From the IMG/VR virus record IMGVR_UViG_3300037466_003369, positions 8,276 through 72,275 of that record: a DNA stretch of 64,000 nt. The stretch is one strand, 5' to 3'. The translations under genes were made by a program, and so were the position numbers. The notes beneath the pieces were generated by a model that searched no databases, was not told the DNA's origin, and was given only the letters and a program-made list of their open reading frames with translations. Position 1 is the stretch's first letter; every line of letters begins with the position of its first letter. This DNA is from a virus. Its lineage: Duplodnaviria; Caudoviricetes. Below are positions 47,117 to 56,295 of this stretch, piece by piece.

Positions 47117-47344
47117 TCATCGGTGGATCGTCTCCCCGCGATCCTCCAGGTCCTCGGTCATGCCGTTGACGTGGGAGTCGAAGGCGTCGGCGTTGGCGCG
47201 CCACCAGTCCGCGATCCAGCGGACGTGAGCGACCGTCGTCTGTTCATGGGGATTGGCCTTCGGGCAGTCCCAGCCCTGGGAGAAGGCGACGTCGCCCTCC
47301 AGCGGGACGCCGTTGTCACGGTTGCGTTGCCACCTGGGTTTCAT
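47117..47344 (-). CDS. Hypothetical protein
   Basis: Coupled ORF. Confidence 0.55.
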   Translation of the reverse strand: MKPRWQRNRDNGVPLEGDVAFSQGWDCPKANPHEQTTVAHVRWIADWWRANADAFDSHVNGMTEDLEDRGETIHR

Positions 47345-47544
47345 TCCAGTTTCCCCATGATCTGGTCATTGGCCGTGGCCAATTTGTCATAGAGCTGAAG
47401 CGCCCAGGCCGGCTGTGGCTTCCCCGGATAACCGCAGTCCATCAGCATCCGCATGAAGGCATGGCAGAGCGTGCCGCTCTCCTGCAGGTTCAGTTCCAGG
47501 GTCACAGTCTCGGACTGCGGCGGCGATATGAATTTGAGGGTCAC
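47341..47544 (-). CDS. Hypothetical protein
   Basis: GGAGGGAG RBS. Confidence 0.55.
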   Translation of the reverse strand: MTLKFISPPQSETVTLELNLQESGTLCHAFMRMLMDCGYPGKPQPAWALQLYDKLATANDQIMGKLE

Positions 47545-47708
47545 GGCTCCCTCCCCTCAAAGACGACGCGCACGGGCGGGCACAGCGCGCCCGGAAGGAG
47601 GTGACGCTTGGCGTCCTCCTCCGTCTTCCAGCTCGTGGTTCGCCAGGGATGCGGATCGCGTTGCGGATCGCACGGGGGATAGAAGTTCACCCAGCGGAGA
47701 TGCCTCAT
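47541..47708 (-). CDS. 55-aa hypothetical protein (MRHLRWVNFYPP...)
   Basis: Fills the gap exactly with 4-bp overlaps at both ends. Confidence 0.55.
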   Translation of the reverse strand: MRHLRWVNFYPPCDPQRDPHPWRTTSWKTEEDAKRHLLPGALCPPVRVVFEGREP

Positions 47709-48271
47709 GACGACACCCGATGATGCGGCTGGTCGAAGGGGTGCTGCTTGCTGGCGCCGACGTCCGCGTGTTCGGAGACGACGCTCTCCCCGAAGTCGAA
47801 GCCGAGCGGGAAGCGCACGACGGGGTCCTTGACCACGTAGAGGTGGTACTGGTTGGCCGTGTCGTACTCGCGGCTCCTGGCCGGGTACAGCTCCACGGCC
47901 TCGTGATCGGGGCCGATCAGGCGGTCCTTGATGGCCATGAAGTCGCGGTACTTCTCGGGCCCAACGCGCTCCTTGTCGCGACGCTTGATGGAGAGGTGGA
48001 TCATGTCCGGCCAGCCGGGCGCAATGGCGGGGGCGTCGCGCATGTTCACCTGATAGCGGCTGTTGATGAACACCCGGTCGTTCTGGAGGTCGGCGAACTG
48101 GCGCACGATGTCCTCCCGCGAGACGCCGGGGAACTCGGCCACGGTTCTGTCGATCAGCTCGTCGTCGACCGGCGTGATGACGCCGGGCTGGAAGAGATCG
48201 AAGGGGGCGTCGGGCTTGCTCGTCGCGACGCCCCTGCGGGCGTTGCGGCGTGTGGGGCTGGCCTTGGTCAT
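47705..48271 (-). CDS. Conserved phage protein (HLSIKRRD...EAVELYP...ANQYHL family)
   Basis: Recognisable recurring phage motif set; function unknown. Confidence 0.75.
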   Translation of the reverse strand: MTKASPTRRNARRGVATSKPDAPFDLFQPGVITPVDDELIDRTVAEFPGVSREDIVRQFADLQNDRVFINSRYQVNMRDAPAIAPGWPDMIHLSIKRRDKERVGPEKYRDFMAIKDRLIGPDHEAVELYPARSREYDTANQYHLYVVKDPVVRFPLGFDFGESVVSEHADVGASKQHPFDQPHHRVSS

Positions 48272-48435
48272 GCGAAGCTCACCATCAGGTAGACGCCGAC
48301 CGCGCCGATGGCGCAGACGAACACGTTGGAGAGACCCAGGGTAATGCTCTTGCCACGTAGGAAGGCGGCGACGAACTGGACAAGGATCATCAGGGCGAAC
48401 GCCAGGAGGGCGACGCCCAGGGCGTAGAGGCTCAT
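48268..48435 (-). CDS. Small 2-TM membrane protein
   Basis: Hydrophobic coupled ORF. Confidence 0.6.
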   Translation of the reverse strand: MSLYALGVALLAFALMILVQFVAAFLRGKSITLGLSNVFVCAIGAVGVYLMVSFA

Positions 48436-48674
48436 GGGACCTGGGTCTCCGGATTGAGGGTGACGCCATCCAGGACGACGGAGGGCGTGGTGTCGAGGGC
48501 GGCGCAAATCTGCAGCAGTCGCGGCACGGTCAGCGTGTTGGCCGCGCTCTCGTACTTCTGGACCTGCTGAAAGCGCACGCCCATGACGCTGGCGACCTGG
48601 GCCTGGGTCATGCCCAGGAGGCGCCGGCGATGGCGCAGGCGGCGACCAACGATGAGGTTGGGGTCCTGGATCAT
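48432..48674 (-). CDS. XRE-family helix-turn-helix regulator
   Basis: GRRLRHRRRLLGMTQAQVASVMGVRFQQVQKYE. Confidence 0.9.
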   Translation of the reverse strand: MIQDPNLIVGRRLRHRRRLLGMTQAQVASVMGVRFQQVQKYESAANTLTVPRLLQICAALDTTPSVVLDGVTLNPETQVP

Positions 48675-48865
48675 CAGTCCTCCAACTTGTGGCAGCGCCG
48701 GGCGTAACCGATCAGGGCGCCGATGACGCTGGGCTCCAGGGCGATGAGCTGCTGGCCGGCGTCGAGGCCCAGCCAGGCGTGGTAGCCGTCGAAGCTGGCG
48801 TAGACGCCGTCGCCGAGGTACTCGGGCCCTGGGAGGGGAGCCGCGGGTTTAGGTTCGAGGGTCAA
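48674..48865 (-). CDS. Hypothetical protein (YLGDGVYASFDG family)
   Basis: TTG overlapping the upstream stop. Confidence 0.65.
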   Translation of the reverse strand: MTLEPKPAAPLPGPEYLGDGVYASFDGYHAWLGLDAGQQLIALEPSVIGALIGYARRCHKLED

Positions 48866-49128
48866 TCGTCGTCCTCCTTGAACAGCCGGTCCCAGGTCTC
48901 GGCGTCGATGCCGGTCATCAGCCACTCGCGGTCGGCGGCGGTGAGATTGGCGAGCGCGTCCTGGACGTACTCGCCGCCCTGCCAGCGGTTGTACTGGTCC
49001 GGCATCACCGGCAGCTCGCGCGTGGTCGGCGGCCCTCCGGTGACCGGCCAGACGGTGAAGACCATGCCGCCGTTCGGACCCAGGGCCCGGGCGACGGTGT
49101 GCTTGGCCTGGAATGGGCGGTTGAGCAT
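48862..49128 (-). CDS. Hypothetical protein (VQDALANLTAADREWLMTG family)
   Basis: Recurring phage motif. Confidence 0.7.
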   Translation of the reverse strand: MLNRPFQAKHTVARALGPNGGMVFTVWPVTGGPPTTRELPVMPDQYNRWQGGEYVQDALANLTAADREWLMTGIDAETWDRLFKEDDD

Positions 49129-49493
49129 CAGGCTTTCTCCATCCGCTTGATGATCTTCAGTCCCGCGCGCCGCGCCGCCTCCATGGTGTCGTAAGGCGCG
49201 AGGTCAGAGCGGATCGGTTCCTTGCCCAGCATTGGTTGAACCCTATGGAAGACGACGCCCTTGATCTTCAGCGCATAGCGGCGGTCCTTCAGGGGCAGCA
49301 TGATCCCCAGGGTGCGGATGTGGCCCAGCACCGTCTTGCCGTCCGCCGCCATCAACACCGCCGTTCCGTGGATGGGCTTGCGCCACTCGCCCGCGCCGCC
49401 TACGGCGCGGACGCGCTCGGCGGTGCGCCCGTGGATTTCCAGCTTGCTGTAGCCGCAGCGCTGCGTAGAGCCCTTGGCGCTGAGCATTTCCAT
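49128..49493 (-). CDS. Hypothetical protein
   Basis: Coupled ORF. Confidence 0.6.
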   Translation of the reverse strand: MEMLSAKGSTQRCGYSKLEIHGRTAERVRAVGGAGEWRKPIHGTAVLMAADGKTVLGHIRTLGIMLPLKDRRYALKIKGVVFHRVQPMLGKEPIRSDLAPYDTMEAARRAGLKIIKRMEKA

Positions 49494-50326
49494 CAGGCAT
49501 TCGCCTTCTCGACGATCCGCTGTGCGGCGTATCGGGCGGCGTTGTTGAGCTGGCGCTGCCACACACCGACCGAGGGAGCCCATTTGAAGCCATGGCTCTT
49601 CAGTTCCCGGATCATCTCCGGGGCTGGTTTGCCCCGGAACATGATCTGCAGCCGATTGGCCTCGACGTTCTCGTAGACCTCCTCGATCCCTGGCGCCGGG
49701 CTCTCGATGATCTTGGGCTGCGCCTGGGCCTGCTTCTGCAGCAGTTCGATCCGTTGCTTGATGCGCCGGATGTTGGCGCCGTTGTTCGTGATCGCGTAGT
49801 CGGGGAAGCCGATCCGACCGGCGAAATCCGGCTCCAGGAGCTTCTTGACGGCGCCGGCGCTGATGGCCGGTTCATGAGCTTTCAGGGCACAGAGGTAGCG
49901 ATCCCAGGCCTCTCCGGACTGGATGTCCCGGACGCCGTGCTTGTAGAAGGCCTTGACCACCTTGTTCATGGCGACCATGGCCGTCTGCCGGGCCTCCAGC
50001 CTGATCAGCTCCGTCTTGAGCTTGGCGACCGCCTCCGGGTCATCCGAGCTGATCCCGCCCGACCCGACCGCGGCAGCCTTGGCCTCGATCTCCTTGGCAG
50101 CCTTCAGGTCGGCGAAGCCGCTCCGGAAGCCGCCCTCGATCCTGCCCCGATAGTTCCGGTCGCGTTTCTCCGAGTGGTGGCCGATCAGGATCGGCTGGCC
50201 GAAGGGAATGGCCTCGGCCATCTTGTGCGCCCGGTCGACCTTGGCCTGCCCGACCTGCCGGAGCTGCTCGGCCCGCGCCTCCAGGCGCTGGCGCCGGGCT
50301 TCCTGCTTTTGCTCGTAGTGGTTCAC
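49493..50326 (-). CDS. DUF3560-family protein
   Basis: IPFGQPILIGHHSEKRDRNYR, ISSDDPEA, NNGANIRRIKQRI, LKSHGFKWAPS. Confidence 0.88.
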   Translation of the reverse strand: MNHYEQKQEARRQRLEARAEQLRQVGQAKVDRAHKMAEAIPFGQPILIGHHSEKRDRNYRGRIEGGFRSGFADLKAAKEIEAKAAAVGSGGISSDDPEAVAKLKTELIRLEARQTAMVAMNKVVKAFYKHGVRDIQSGEAWDRYLCALKAHEPAISAGAVKKLLEPDFAGRIGFPDYAITNNGANIRRIKQRIELLQKQAQAQPKIIESPAPGIEEVYENVEANRLQIMFRGKPAPEMIRELKSHGFKWAPSVGVWQRQLNNAARYAAQRIVEKANA

Positions 50327-50493
50327 GCCCTCACCTCCTTGATCACGCCATGCTGGTAGTGGAAGGCGACCGAGGCGCTGGCGCTGGCGAGCCAGTAGAC
50401 GGCGAAGCTGTCGCCGGCTTCCGCGGCCTTCCGCATCGCTTCGAGCTGGGCCGTCTTGGCGGCTTGGGCCTTGGCTTTCAGGGTCTTGGCCAT
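50323..50493 (-). CDS. 56-aa hypothetical protein
   Basis: TCGGAAGGAG RBS; first gene after a promoter. Confidence 0.65.
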   Translation of the reverse strand: MAKTLKAKAQAAKTAQLEAMRKAAEAGDSFAVYWLASASASVAFHYQHGVIKEVRA

Positions 50494-50515
50494 CTCGTGT
50501 CTCCTTCCGAGTCGT

Positions 50516-50544
50516 AAGATAGGCGCTCCTGAAAGAAAAAGGAA
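50516..50544 (-). promoter_or_regulatory. Early promoter TTCCTT-N17-TATCTT
   Basis: CACTTCCTTTTTCTTTCAGGAGCGCCTATCTT followed by GACTCGGAAGGAG. Confidence 0.78.
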
Positions 50545-50725
50545 GTGGCTTTTCACGCTTGAACGCATTTTCTTTTTCAGGCATCGTCTCGGCCATCGGA
50601 AGTGGTCCCTGACCATCACGCTATGCCGCGCTCGACGGTGTGATCGCCCCGCGAGGGGCCTCGAAGAGGCTGGAATCATCGAACCGAGGACCCGCAGTCG
50701 AGGCTCGGCTGCGGGTCTTGCGCAT

Positions 50726-50800
50726 TCGGGGATCGTCCAACGGTAGGACTGCCGGTTTTGGTCCGGTCAATGGCGGGTTCGAATCCTCCTCCCCGAGCCA
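50726..50800 (+). tRNA. tRNA-Gln (anticodon TTG) with encoded CCA
   Basis: Acceptor TCGGGGA/TCCCCGA, D stem GTCC/GGAC, anticodon loop TTTTGGT, T loop TTCGAAT, 75 nt. One C-C mismatch in the T stem. Confidence 0.9.
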
Positions 50801-50808
50801 CAACGGAA

Positions 50809-50838
50809 GAGCCCCTCGGGTTGTGGTCCGAGGGGCTC
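50809..50838. terminator. 11-bp perfect hairpin between the convergent tRNA and ORF
   Basis: GAGCCCCTCGG-N8-CCGAGGGGCTC; no clear U tract. Confidence 0.6.
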
Positions 50839-50930
50839 CCAGGGGGCGCATCACAGGAAGGAGAGTTGCTGATGTTCGATGTCAGCGATCCCAGCCTCTC
50901 ACGCTTCGCCTAGCTTGGCAATGGGGAGGG

Positions 50931-51176
50931 TCAGGATGACGCACCCAGGCCCAAGAGCTTCTTCAGTGTCTCGTCGGCCCTGGCCGCCTGGGCCTGGGCG
51001 GTGCGGATCGAATTGATGTTGCGGCGCGTCAGCTTCAGCCGCGCCAGCTCCTCCTCGATGGCGGCGCCCTCCGCCTCGTGGGCGTCGATGCGCTCCATCA
51101 GACGCTGCACGGGAGTGCGGAGGTCCGCGGGCTCATGATCGTCGGGTTGATCGTCGGATTGATCGTCGGGTTTCAT
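50931..51176 (-). CDS. Coiled-coil hypothetical protein
   Basis: AAGGGA RBS; MKPDDQSDDQPDD... Confidence 0.6.
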   Translation of the reverse strand: MKPDDQSDDQPDDHEPADLRTPVQRLMERIDAHEAEGAAIEEELARLKLTRRNINSIRTAQAQAARADETLKKLLGLGASS

Positions 51177-51178
51177 GG

Positions 51179-51622
51179 TCAGTCCCTTCTCTCGGCGAAC
51201 AGGGTCTTGATGGCGACCCAGTCCCATCTGGAGGGGCCGCCGCCGAACGGCCCCAGGGAGGGTGGAATGTCCTTAATGCTGTTGGTCGCCGCCAGGGCGC
51301 GGGCGCAGTCGGGCCGGAAGATGTAGAGTTCGTCGACCGCGGGCCCGCGCCGGATGCCGGCGGCGCACTGGCGGCGCACCGCGATGAACACGCGCCCCCC
51401 GGCGCGGGCCCGGCGCTCGATCCAGCCCACCTGTTCTGGAGTCAGGGGATGGGCCAAGGCCCATGCACTGGTCTGCTTGTTCTCGATCCAGACCTCGGAG
51501 CCCTCCAGACAGAGGTTCATGTCCGGCACGCCCTGGCCCGTCGACCAGCTCTCGATGGCCTGCATATGAGCCTCGGGAATGTGCTTTCGGAAGAGCTGGC
51601 GCAGACCGCCGTCAGTCGCCAC
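51179..51622 (-). CDS. VRR-NUC / Holliday junction resolvase-like nuclease
   Basis: GVPDMNLC...VWIENK...LTPEQVGWIERR (PD-(D/E)xK). Confidence 0.82.
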   Translation of the reverse strand: MATDGGLRQLFRKHIPEAHMQAIESWSTGQGVPDMNLCLEGSEVWIENKQTSAWALAHPLTPEQVGWIERRARAGGRVFIAVRRQCAAGIRRGPAVDELYIFRPDCARALAATNSIKDIPPSLGPFGGGPSRWDWVAIKTLFAERRD

Positions 51623-51794
51623 GCCACGCCTCCGCGACATCGGCGATTCGTTTCAGGCTGACGGCGATGGAGAGCAGGAGGATTTCCCGTTCCTTGAAAA
51701 GCATCCCGTAACCGGATTCTTTGATGCCGTCCTGTGCATATTCAATGGCCATCGGTTCCACACCGGATTCGGCGAACTTGGCTTCTTTGATCAT
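51612..51794 (-). CDS. 60-aa hypothetical protein
   Basis: ATG overlaps the dnaE stop. Confidence 0.55.
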   Translation of the reverse strand: MIKEAKFAESGVEPMAIEYAQDGIKESGYGMLFKEREILLLSIAVSLKRIADVAEAWRGD

Positions 51795-54568
51795 GTCATC
51801 TCCCCGAGGTAGCGGATGCGCTTCACGCTCAACATGCGGAAACCGGGCGGGATCGTGCCCTTGATCGCGTAGAGGCTCTTGCCGGGCTTGGCCTGGGCCA
51901 GTGCGACATCGGCGCCGAGCCGCTCCCAGTCGCGCCGGTCGATCTTCGCGAGGCACTCGTCCGTGTCGTCCTGGATGAAGAGGTTCAGCGACTTGGTGAA
52001 AGGGGGCTTGATCTCGTAGCCGCGCTTGGCGACGTTCTCCGGCGCGTTCTCGTCCTTGACCGTGACTCGGTTCACGACGCCCAGCACCAGCACCTCGCCG
52101 CGCACGCCGCACTGGCAGTCGGCGATCTCCCACGGCTCGCTGACGATGTTGGCGCTGGCGGTCAGATCGGGGTGCAGCCTGCGGATGGCGTCGCGGATCG
52201 GGAAGAGGGTGTCGATGCTCGTGGACGCGCCTTCGAGCTGCTTCTGCAGGGTCGGCCGCAGGGGCTGCCGGGTGCGGCGGGAGTCCAGTATCTCCTGCAA
52301 CTTGGCTGGGCCAATTCCCTTGACCGTGGTCAGGGGTCCGATCAGCAGCTTGCCATCCTCGGACAGCGTCCAGCGGTCCACGGAACGGTTCACGTCCAGG
52401 GGGACGTAGCCCATGTCCTCGGCCGCCAGCTCGCGCAGGATGGCGATCTGCTTGGCTGGGTCGGCCTCGGCGTCCAGGGTGGCGGCGGCGAAGGCCGCGG
52501 GGTGGTGGGCCTTCAGGTAGGCGCACCAGTAGGAGACGACGCCGTAGGCGACGGCGTGCGAGAGATTGAATCCGTAGCTACCAAAGGTTGTAATTTGGTT
52601 CCATATGGCCTCTGCGTCGTACTGCGACATACCACGCACCTGGGCCCCGGCGATAAACGGCGGGGCCATTTCGTCCATGGCGTCCTTGTATTGGATCAGG
52701 CGACGGACCCTGGAGGTGTCCTCCCAAGAAAAGCCGCCGATTTCACGGACGGCTCTCATGGTTTGTTCCTGGAAAATAAGAACTCCTAATGTGCCCTCCA
52801 CGATGGGCAGTAGCAACGGATGGACGTGGTCGCGCCAGTTCGGATCATGACCGTTGCGCCGCGCCACCCAGATGCGCGCGGCGCCGCTATCCAGTGGGCC
52901 CGGCCGCGCCAGGGCCGAGAGGGTGGCGATGTCGTCGAGACTCTCGACCTTCACCGAGGCGGCCAGTCCGCGCAGGGCGTTGCCGTTGAACTGGAAGACG
53001 CCGCTGTACTGCTTCCTGTTGAACACCTCGAAGGCGGAGGCGTCGTCGTAGGGCAGGCTCTCCAGCCACGCGCTGGTCACCGGTTTGCTGATCAGTTCCA
53101 TACACCGACCGAAAACGCCCATCTGGGTCAGTCCCAGGGCATCGATCTTCAGCAGGTTCATCTGCTCGGCGTCTTTCTTGTCGCACCATGCCGCGCCGGT
53201 TCGTGAATCGATAGCCACATAGGCGGTCGTAGGTTCATCGGTGAGTAAGAGGCCGGCCGCGTGCTGGCTGGAGTGGGACGGATGGCCCTCCAGGCGCTCG
53301 ACGATGGCCGCCTCGGGGTAGTCCTTGAGCACCCGGTCCAGGGGGTCGTCCGCCTTCCACTTCGGAATCTTCAGCGAGGCGCAGACCTGATTCATCGCCG
53401 ACTTCTCCTTGAAGAAGCCCACGGTTCCCAGGCGCGCGACGCGGTCGGCGCCGTACTTCTCGGCGGCGTAGCGGAACACCAGATCGCGGCGGGTGTCGTC
53501 GAAATCGATGTCGATGTCAGGACTGTCATTTCGACTGACATCGATGAACCGTTCGAACAGCAGCCCGTGCTCCAGGGGGTCTATCGCCGTGATTCCCAAC
53601 AGGTAGCAGACGAGCGACCCGGCCGACGATCCGCGGCCGGGGCCCACCATCATCACCTGCTTGGCCCAGGCGATCAGGTCGGCGACGATGAAGAAGTAGT
53701 CCTCGAAGTCCTTCTCCTCGATCAGCTTCAGCTCGCGCTCAAGGCGCTCGGCGTAGGGGCCGTCTTCAAGAGAAACCCCCAACCGTGCGGCGCCGTCCGC
53801 GCACATCTCGAAAAGGGTCTTGGGTCGCTCGGGCTTCAGCAGCTTGCCCTTGCGCAGGGTGGCGCGACACTGATCAATGGCCCAATCTTTATTCGCCACA
53901 GCCGACACGATCATCTCGTCTGTGACATAGTCTTTGGTCGCCATGTCAGCGAGCCATTCGTCCTGAGACAGGAGATATCTGGGGTAAGTTTGGGTTCCAC
54001 CCCTACGACCCATGGCCACTCTGTAGAACTCAAGATCATCAGAGGTGAAAAAATAGTTGTCAGACGAGGCCAGCCACCTGATCCCATTGTCATTCACCAG
54101 TCGAGCAAGGCCCTTGGAAACGGACGGAGAGAGTGCGACGTAAAAGTCCGGGTACGTCTCGTCGTTGAAGTCCTTTGGTAACTCATCCACGCGAAGTTTC
54201 TCATCGGCGATCTTGATCAAACCCGGAAGCGTTAACGCCTGCTCGTAGGTGAGCATGGGCTCCTTGGTGACATTCCAAGTGGCCTTTGCGATGGCGGCAT
54301 GCACGGCGGCGATGTCGTCCTTGGCGTACATGGTCACATAGCTTGGGCTAGGCTTCTTCTCGCCAAGCCTTGGGACCATTGCGAGGTCAACTCCCAGTAC
54401 CGGTCTAAGACCGACATTTTCAGCTAGCCTGCACCAGCGAGTCCAGCCGAAGGTGCTACACCGATCAGCAATCGGCGCCTCGGTGGCTCCTAGCGCCTTC
54501 AGGCGCGCGATCCCCTCTTCAAGGGAACCGACAGCGGTCTTGAAGCTGTATCCAGTTTTCAGGCGCAT
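51791..54568 (-). CDS. dnaE: DNA polymerase III alpha subunit (family C), phage-encoded and compact
   Basis: GPGRGSSAGSLVCYLLGIT, LLFERF, SPDIDIDF, KIDALGL, FNLSHAVAY...AYLKAHHP. Confidence 0.95.
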   Translation of the reverse strand: MRLKTGYSFKTAVGSLEEGIARLKALGATEAPIADRCSTFGWTRWCRLAENVGLRPVLGVDLAMVPRLGEKKPSPSYVTMYAKDDIAAVHAAIAKATWNVTKEPMLTYEQALTLPGLIKIADEKLRVDELPKDFNDETYPDFYVALSPSVSKGLARLVNDNGIRWLASSDNYFFTSDDLEFYRVAMGRRGGTQTYPRYLLSQDEWLADMATKDYVTDEMIVSAVANKDWAIDQCRATLRKGKLLKPERPKTLFEMCADGAARLGVSLEDGPYAERLERELKLIEEKDFEDYFFIVADLIAWAKQVMMVGPGRGSSAGSLVCYLLGITAIDPLEHGLLFERFIDVSRNDSPDIDIDFDDTRRDLVFRYAAEKYGADRVARLGTVGFFKEKSAMNQVCASLKIPKWKADDPLDRVLKDYPEAAIVERLEGHPSHSSQHAAGLLLTDEPTTAYVAIDSRTGAAWCDKKDAEQMNLLKIDALGLTQMGVFGRCMELISKPVTSAWLESLPYDDASAFEVFNRKQYSGVFQFNGNALRGLAASVKVESLDDIATLSALARPGPLDSGAARIWVARRNGHDPNWRDHVHPLLLPIVEGTLGVLIFQEQTMRAVREIGGFSWEDTSRVRRLIQYKDAMDEMAPPFIAGAQVRGMSQYDAEAIWNQITTFGSYGFNLSHAVAYGVVSYWCAYLKAHHPAAFAAATLDAEADPAKQIAILRELAAEDMGYVPLDVNRSVDRWTLSEDGKLLIGPLTTVKGIGPAKLQEILDSRRTRQPLRPTLQKQLEGASTSIDTLFPIRDAIRRLHPDLTASANIVSEPWEIADCQCGVRGEVLVLGVVNRVTVKDENAPENVAKRGYEIKPPFTKSLNLFIQDDTDECLAKIDRRDWERLGADVALAQAKPGKSLYAIKGTIPPGFRMLSVKRIRYLGEMT

Positions 54569-55272
54569 CCCGTCGCGCCCCGAATTTTCGCCTTGGTCTC
54601 AAGGGTCTTTGCAATCGATTCGGGTGTCTGAAGAGAGTATACACCGGTTGCCCTCATCCTGGCCCAGCGCGCCTTGGCCTTTGCGGACATGATCGCTCTG
54701 GCTTCAGGAGTGCATTTATGACCCGCAGCACGCCGATTCCCCAACGCCTTCCGGGACATCTTCTCCAGCTCCTCAGGCGTGTGTCTTCGTCCAAAGATGA
54801 TGACCCTCGGTCTCAGAATTTTTTCCGCCTTCGGTTTTGGCGGATACCGCAACCTCTTGGTGTCGGAGATTTTCTTGATGGTCTCCGCAGAATGACACCG
54901 CCCCTTTAGCGCTTTGGAAATGGCTCTTCGCGTCCTGGGCGACATCGTCTTTCCGCGATGAACCGCACTGATCTTGGCCCTGACCTCTGTGGTCATCTCG
55001 ACTTTCCCGGCGATTTTCGAGTTATTGTATCGAGGACATAGAGCATCGATGCATGCCTGCTCGTACATAATCCTGTCCTCTGGAAGACAGATCAGAACAA
55101 TGAAAAGTTCAAGGTTTCCGTATTTCTTAAACGCTCGGCTAAGGGCTTCATTCTTATGAAGACCAAGTCTTAGCTCACGCATGTGAGTGTTGTATCTTTT
55201 CCTGATATTCTTGCTCGATCCGATGTAAAAGTTATCGGACGGTGCGACTAGCTTGTAGACGCCGCAGGTCAT
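54559..55272 (-). mobile_element. Free-standing GIY-YIG homing endonuclease with NUMOD3-like repeats
   Basis: GVYKL...FYIGSS.NIRKRYNTH, basic HSAETIKKIS-type repeats, lower GC than flanks. Confidence 0.88.
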
Positions 55273-55559
55273 ATCTTGATCCCCGCCGCCTGGAGCTTCA
55301 TGTCGCAGTCCATCTCGATCCGGGCGATGGCCTGATCGCGGAAGGCGTTGGCCTGATCGTCCAGGATGGCGGCGAACTCCTTGGAGAGGTCGTCGTAGCC
55401 CGGCACAAGGCTCCCGGTGTTCCAGCGCACGACGATCTTGGCGCTGCTGAGGTCCACCGTCTTCCAGGCCTGGATGCGGTCGCGGCGATCCAGGGCGTCC
55501 GCGGCGGCGCGCAGGTCCAGTGCGGTGGGGGTCCTGGGTTCAGGCGCTGGCGAGGGCAT
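55269..55559 (-). CDS. Hypothetical protein
   Basis: Coupled ORF. Confidence 0.6.
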   Translation of the reverse strand: MPSPAPEPRTPTALDLRAAADALDRRDRIQAWKTVDLSSAKIVVRWNTGSLVPGYDDLSKEFAAILDDQANAFRDQAIARIEMDCDMKLQAAGIKI

Positions 55560-56295
55560 CGGCGTGCTCCATGAGCTTGAGGTGGGACATGAGCTGGAGG
55601 CCCAGGAACTTGGTGTAGACCGGCGGGATGGCCTCGGAGAGTTCGTCCAGGGTCATCGCGCCGACTTCGATGCCAAGCGCCTCGGCGGCGGCCTGCCGGT
55701 GGCCGCCCTCCCAGACGTCCTTCGTCCCGCGTCCGCCGTGACGGGAGGACCGCTTGCGGGCGTGGCCGCCGTAGACGCCGATGACGGGGATGTCCGGATC
55801 GTGCGGATGGTGGGCCGGAGCCTGGATGGGGAAATTGGCGATGAAGAGCCTATGACGCTCCAGGCGACAGCCCTGCGTCCCGAGCCCGAACATCGAGCCG
55901 CAGAGGGTGATGGGGCCATGGAGCCGCCGATCCAGCGCCACGCAGCGGCGCATCTCCTCGCGCGCCTCCTCGACGTTCTCCAGAATCCATGGACGGCCGG
56001 TGGCCTGCAGCCACTCGACGAAGGCGGGGATTTCGCGGGCGTGGGTCTTGGCGTTATGGGCGTGGCGCATCGCCGTGTAGCCCTTGCAGGAGGGACTGGC
56101 GTGGAAGGCGTCGAAGTCCTTTGCCATTTCGATGGGATTGAGGGTCAGGACGTCGCCGATCCTGGCCATGTCATAGGGATACCTGGGCTGTAGTTCCAGG
56201 TCGAAGCCGGTCACATCAAAGCCCGCGGCGGCGTAGCCGCGGGCGGCGCCGCCGGCCTTGCAGGCGAGGTCAGCGAGTCGGGGTCGGTCGGCCAC
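55540..56295 (-). CDS. C5-cytosine DNA methyltransferase-like protein
   Basis: DLACKAGG (motif I variant), HASPSC (IV), ILENV (VI), ERHRLF (VIII). Confidence 0.82.
   Translation of the reverse strand: MADRPRLADLACKAGGAARGYAAAGFDVTGFDLELQPRYPYDMARIGDVLTLNPIEMAKDFDAFHASPSCKGYTAMRHAHNAKTHAREIPAFVEWLQATGRPWILENVEEAREEMRRCVALDRRLHGPITLCGSMFGLGTQGCRLERHRLFIANFPIQAPAHHPHDPDIPVIGVYGGHARKRSSRHGGRGTKDVWEGGHRQAAAEALGIEVGAMTLDELSEAIPPVYTKFLGLQLMSHLKLMEHADALASA

Noticed and set aside
46914-47120. 68-aa ORF MIGPCPMTQDG...
   Set aside because: Its 3' half runs through the promoter at 46945-46973 and it has no recognisable motif; too weak to list.
48432-50838. Lysogeny switch (XRE repressor plus tRNA as attachment site)
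   Set aside because: No integrase, no divergent repressor pair and no duplicated tRNA 3' end in the window. It cannot be excluded outside the window.
51791-54568. Intein in DnaE
   Set aside because: No C/S...HN-C/S/T splice junctions or LAGLIDADG blocks seen; the protein is shorter than usual.
54559-55272. GIY-YIG gene as part of a group I intron
   Set aside because: The flanking ORFs are complete and directly overlap it, leaving no room for an intron core.
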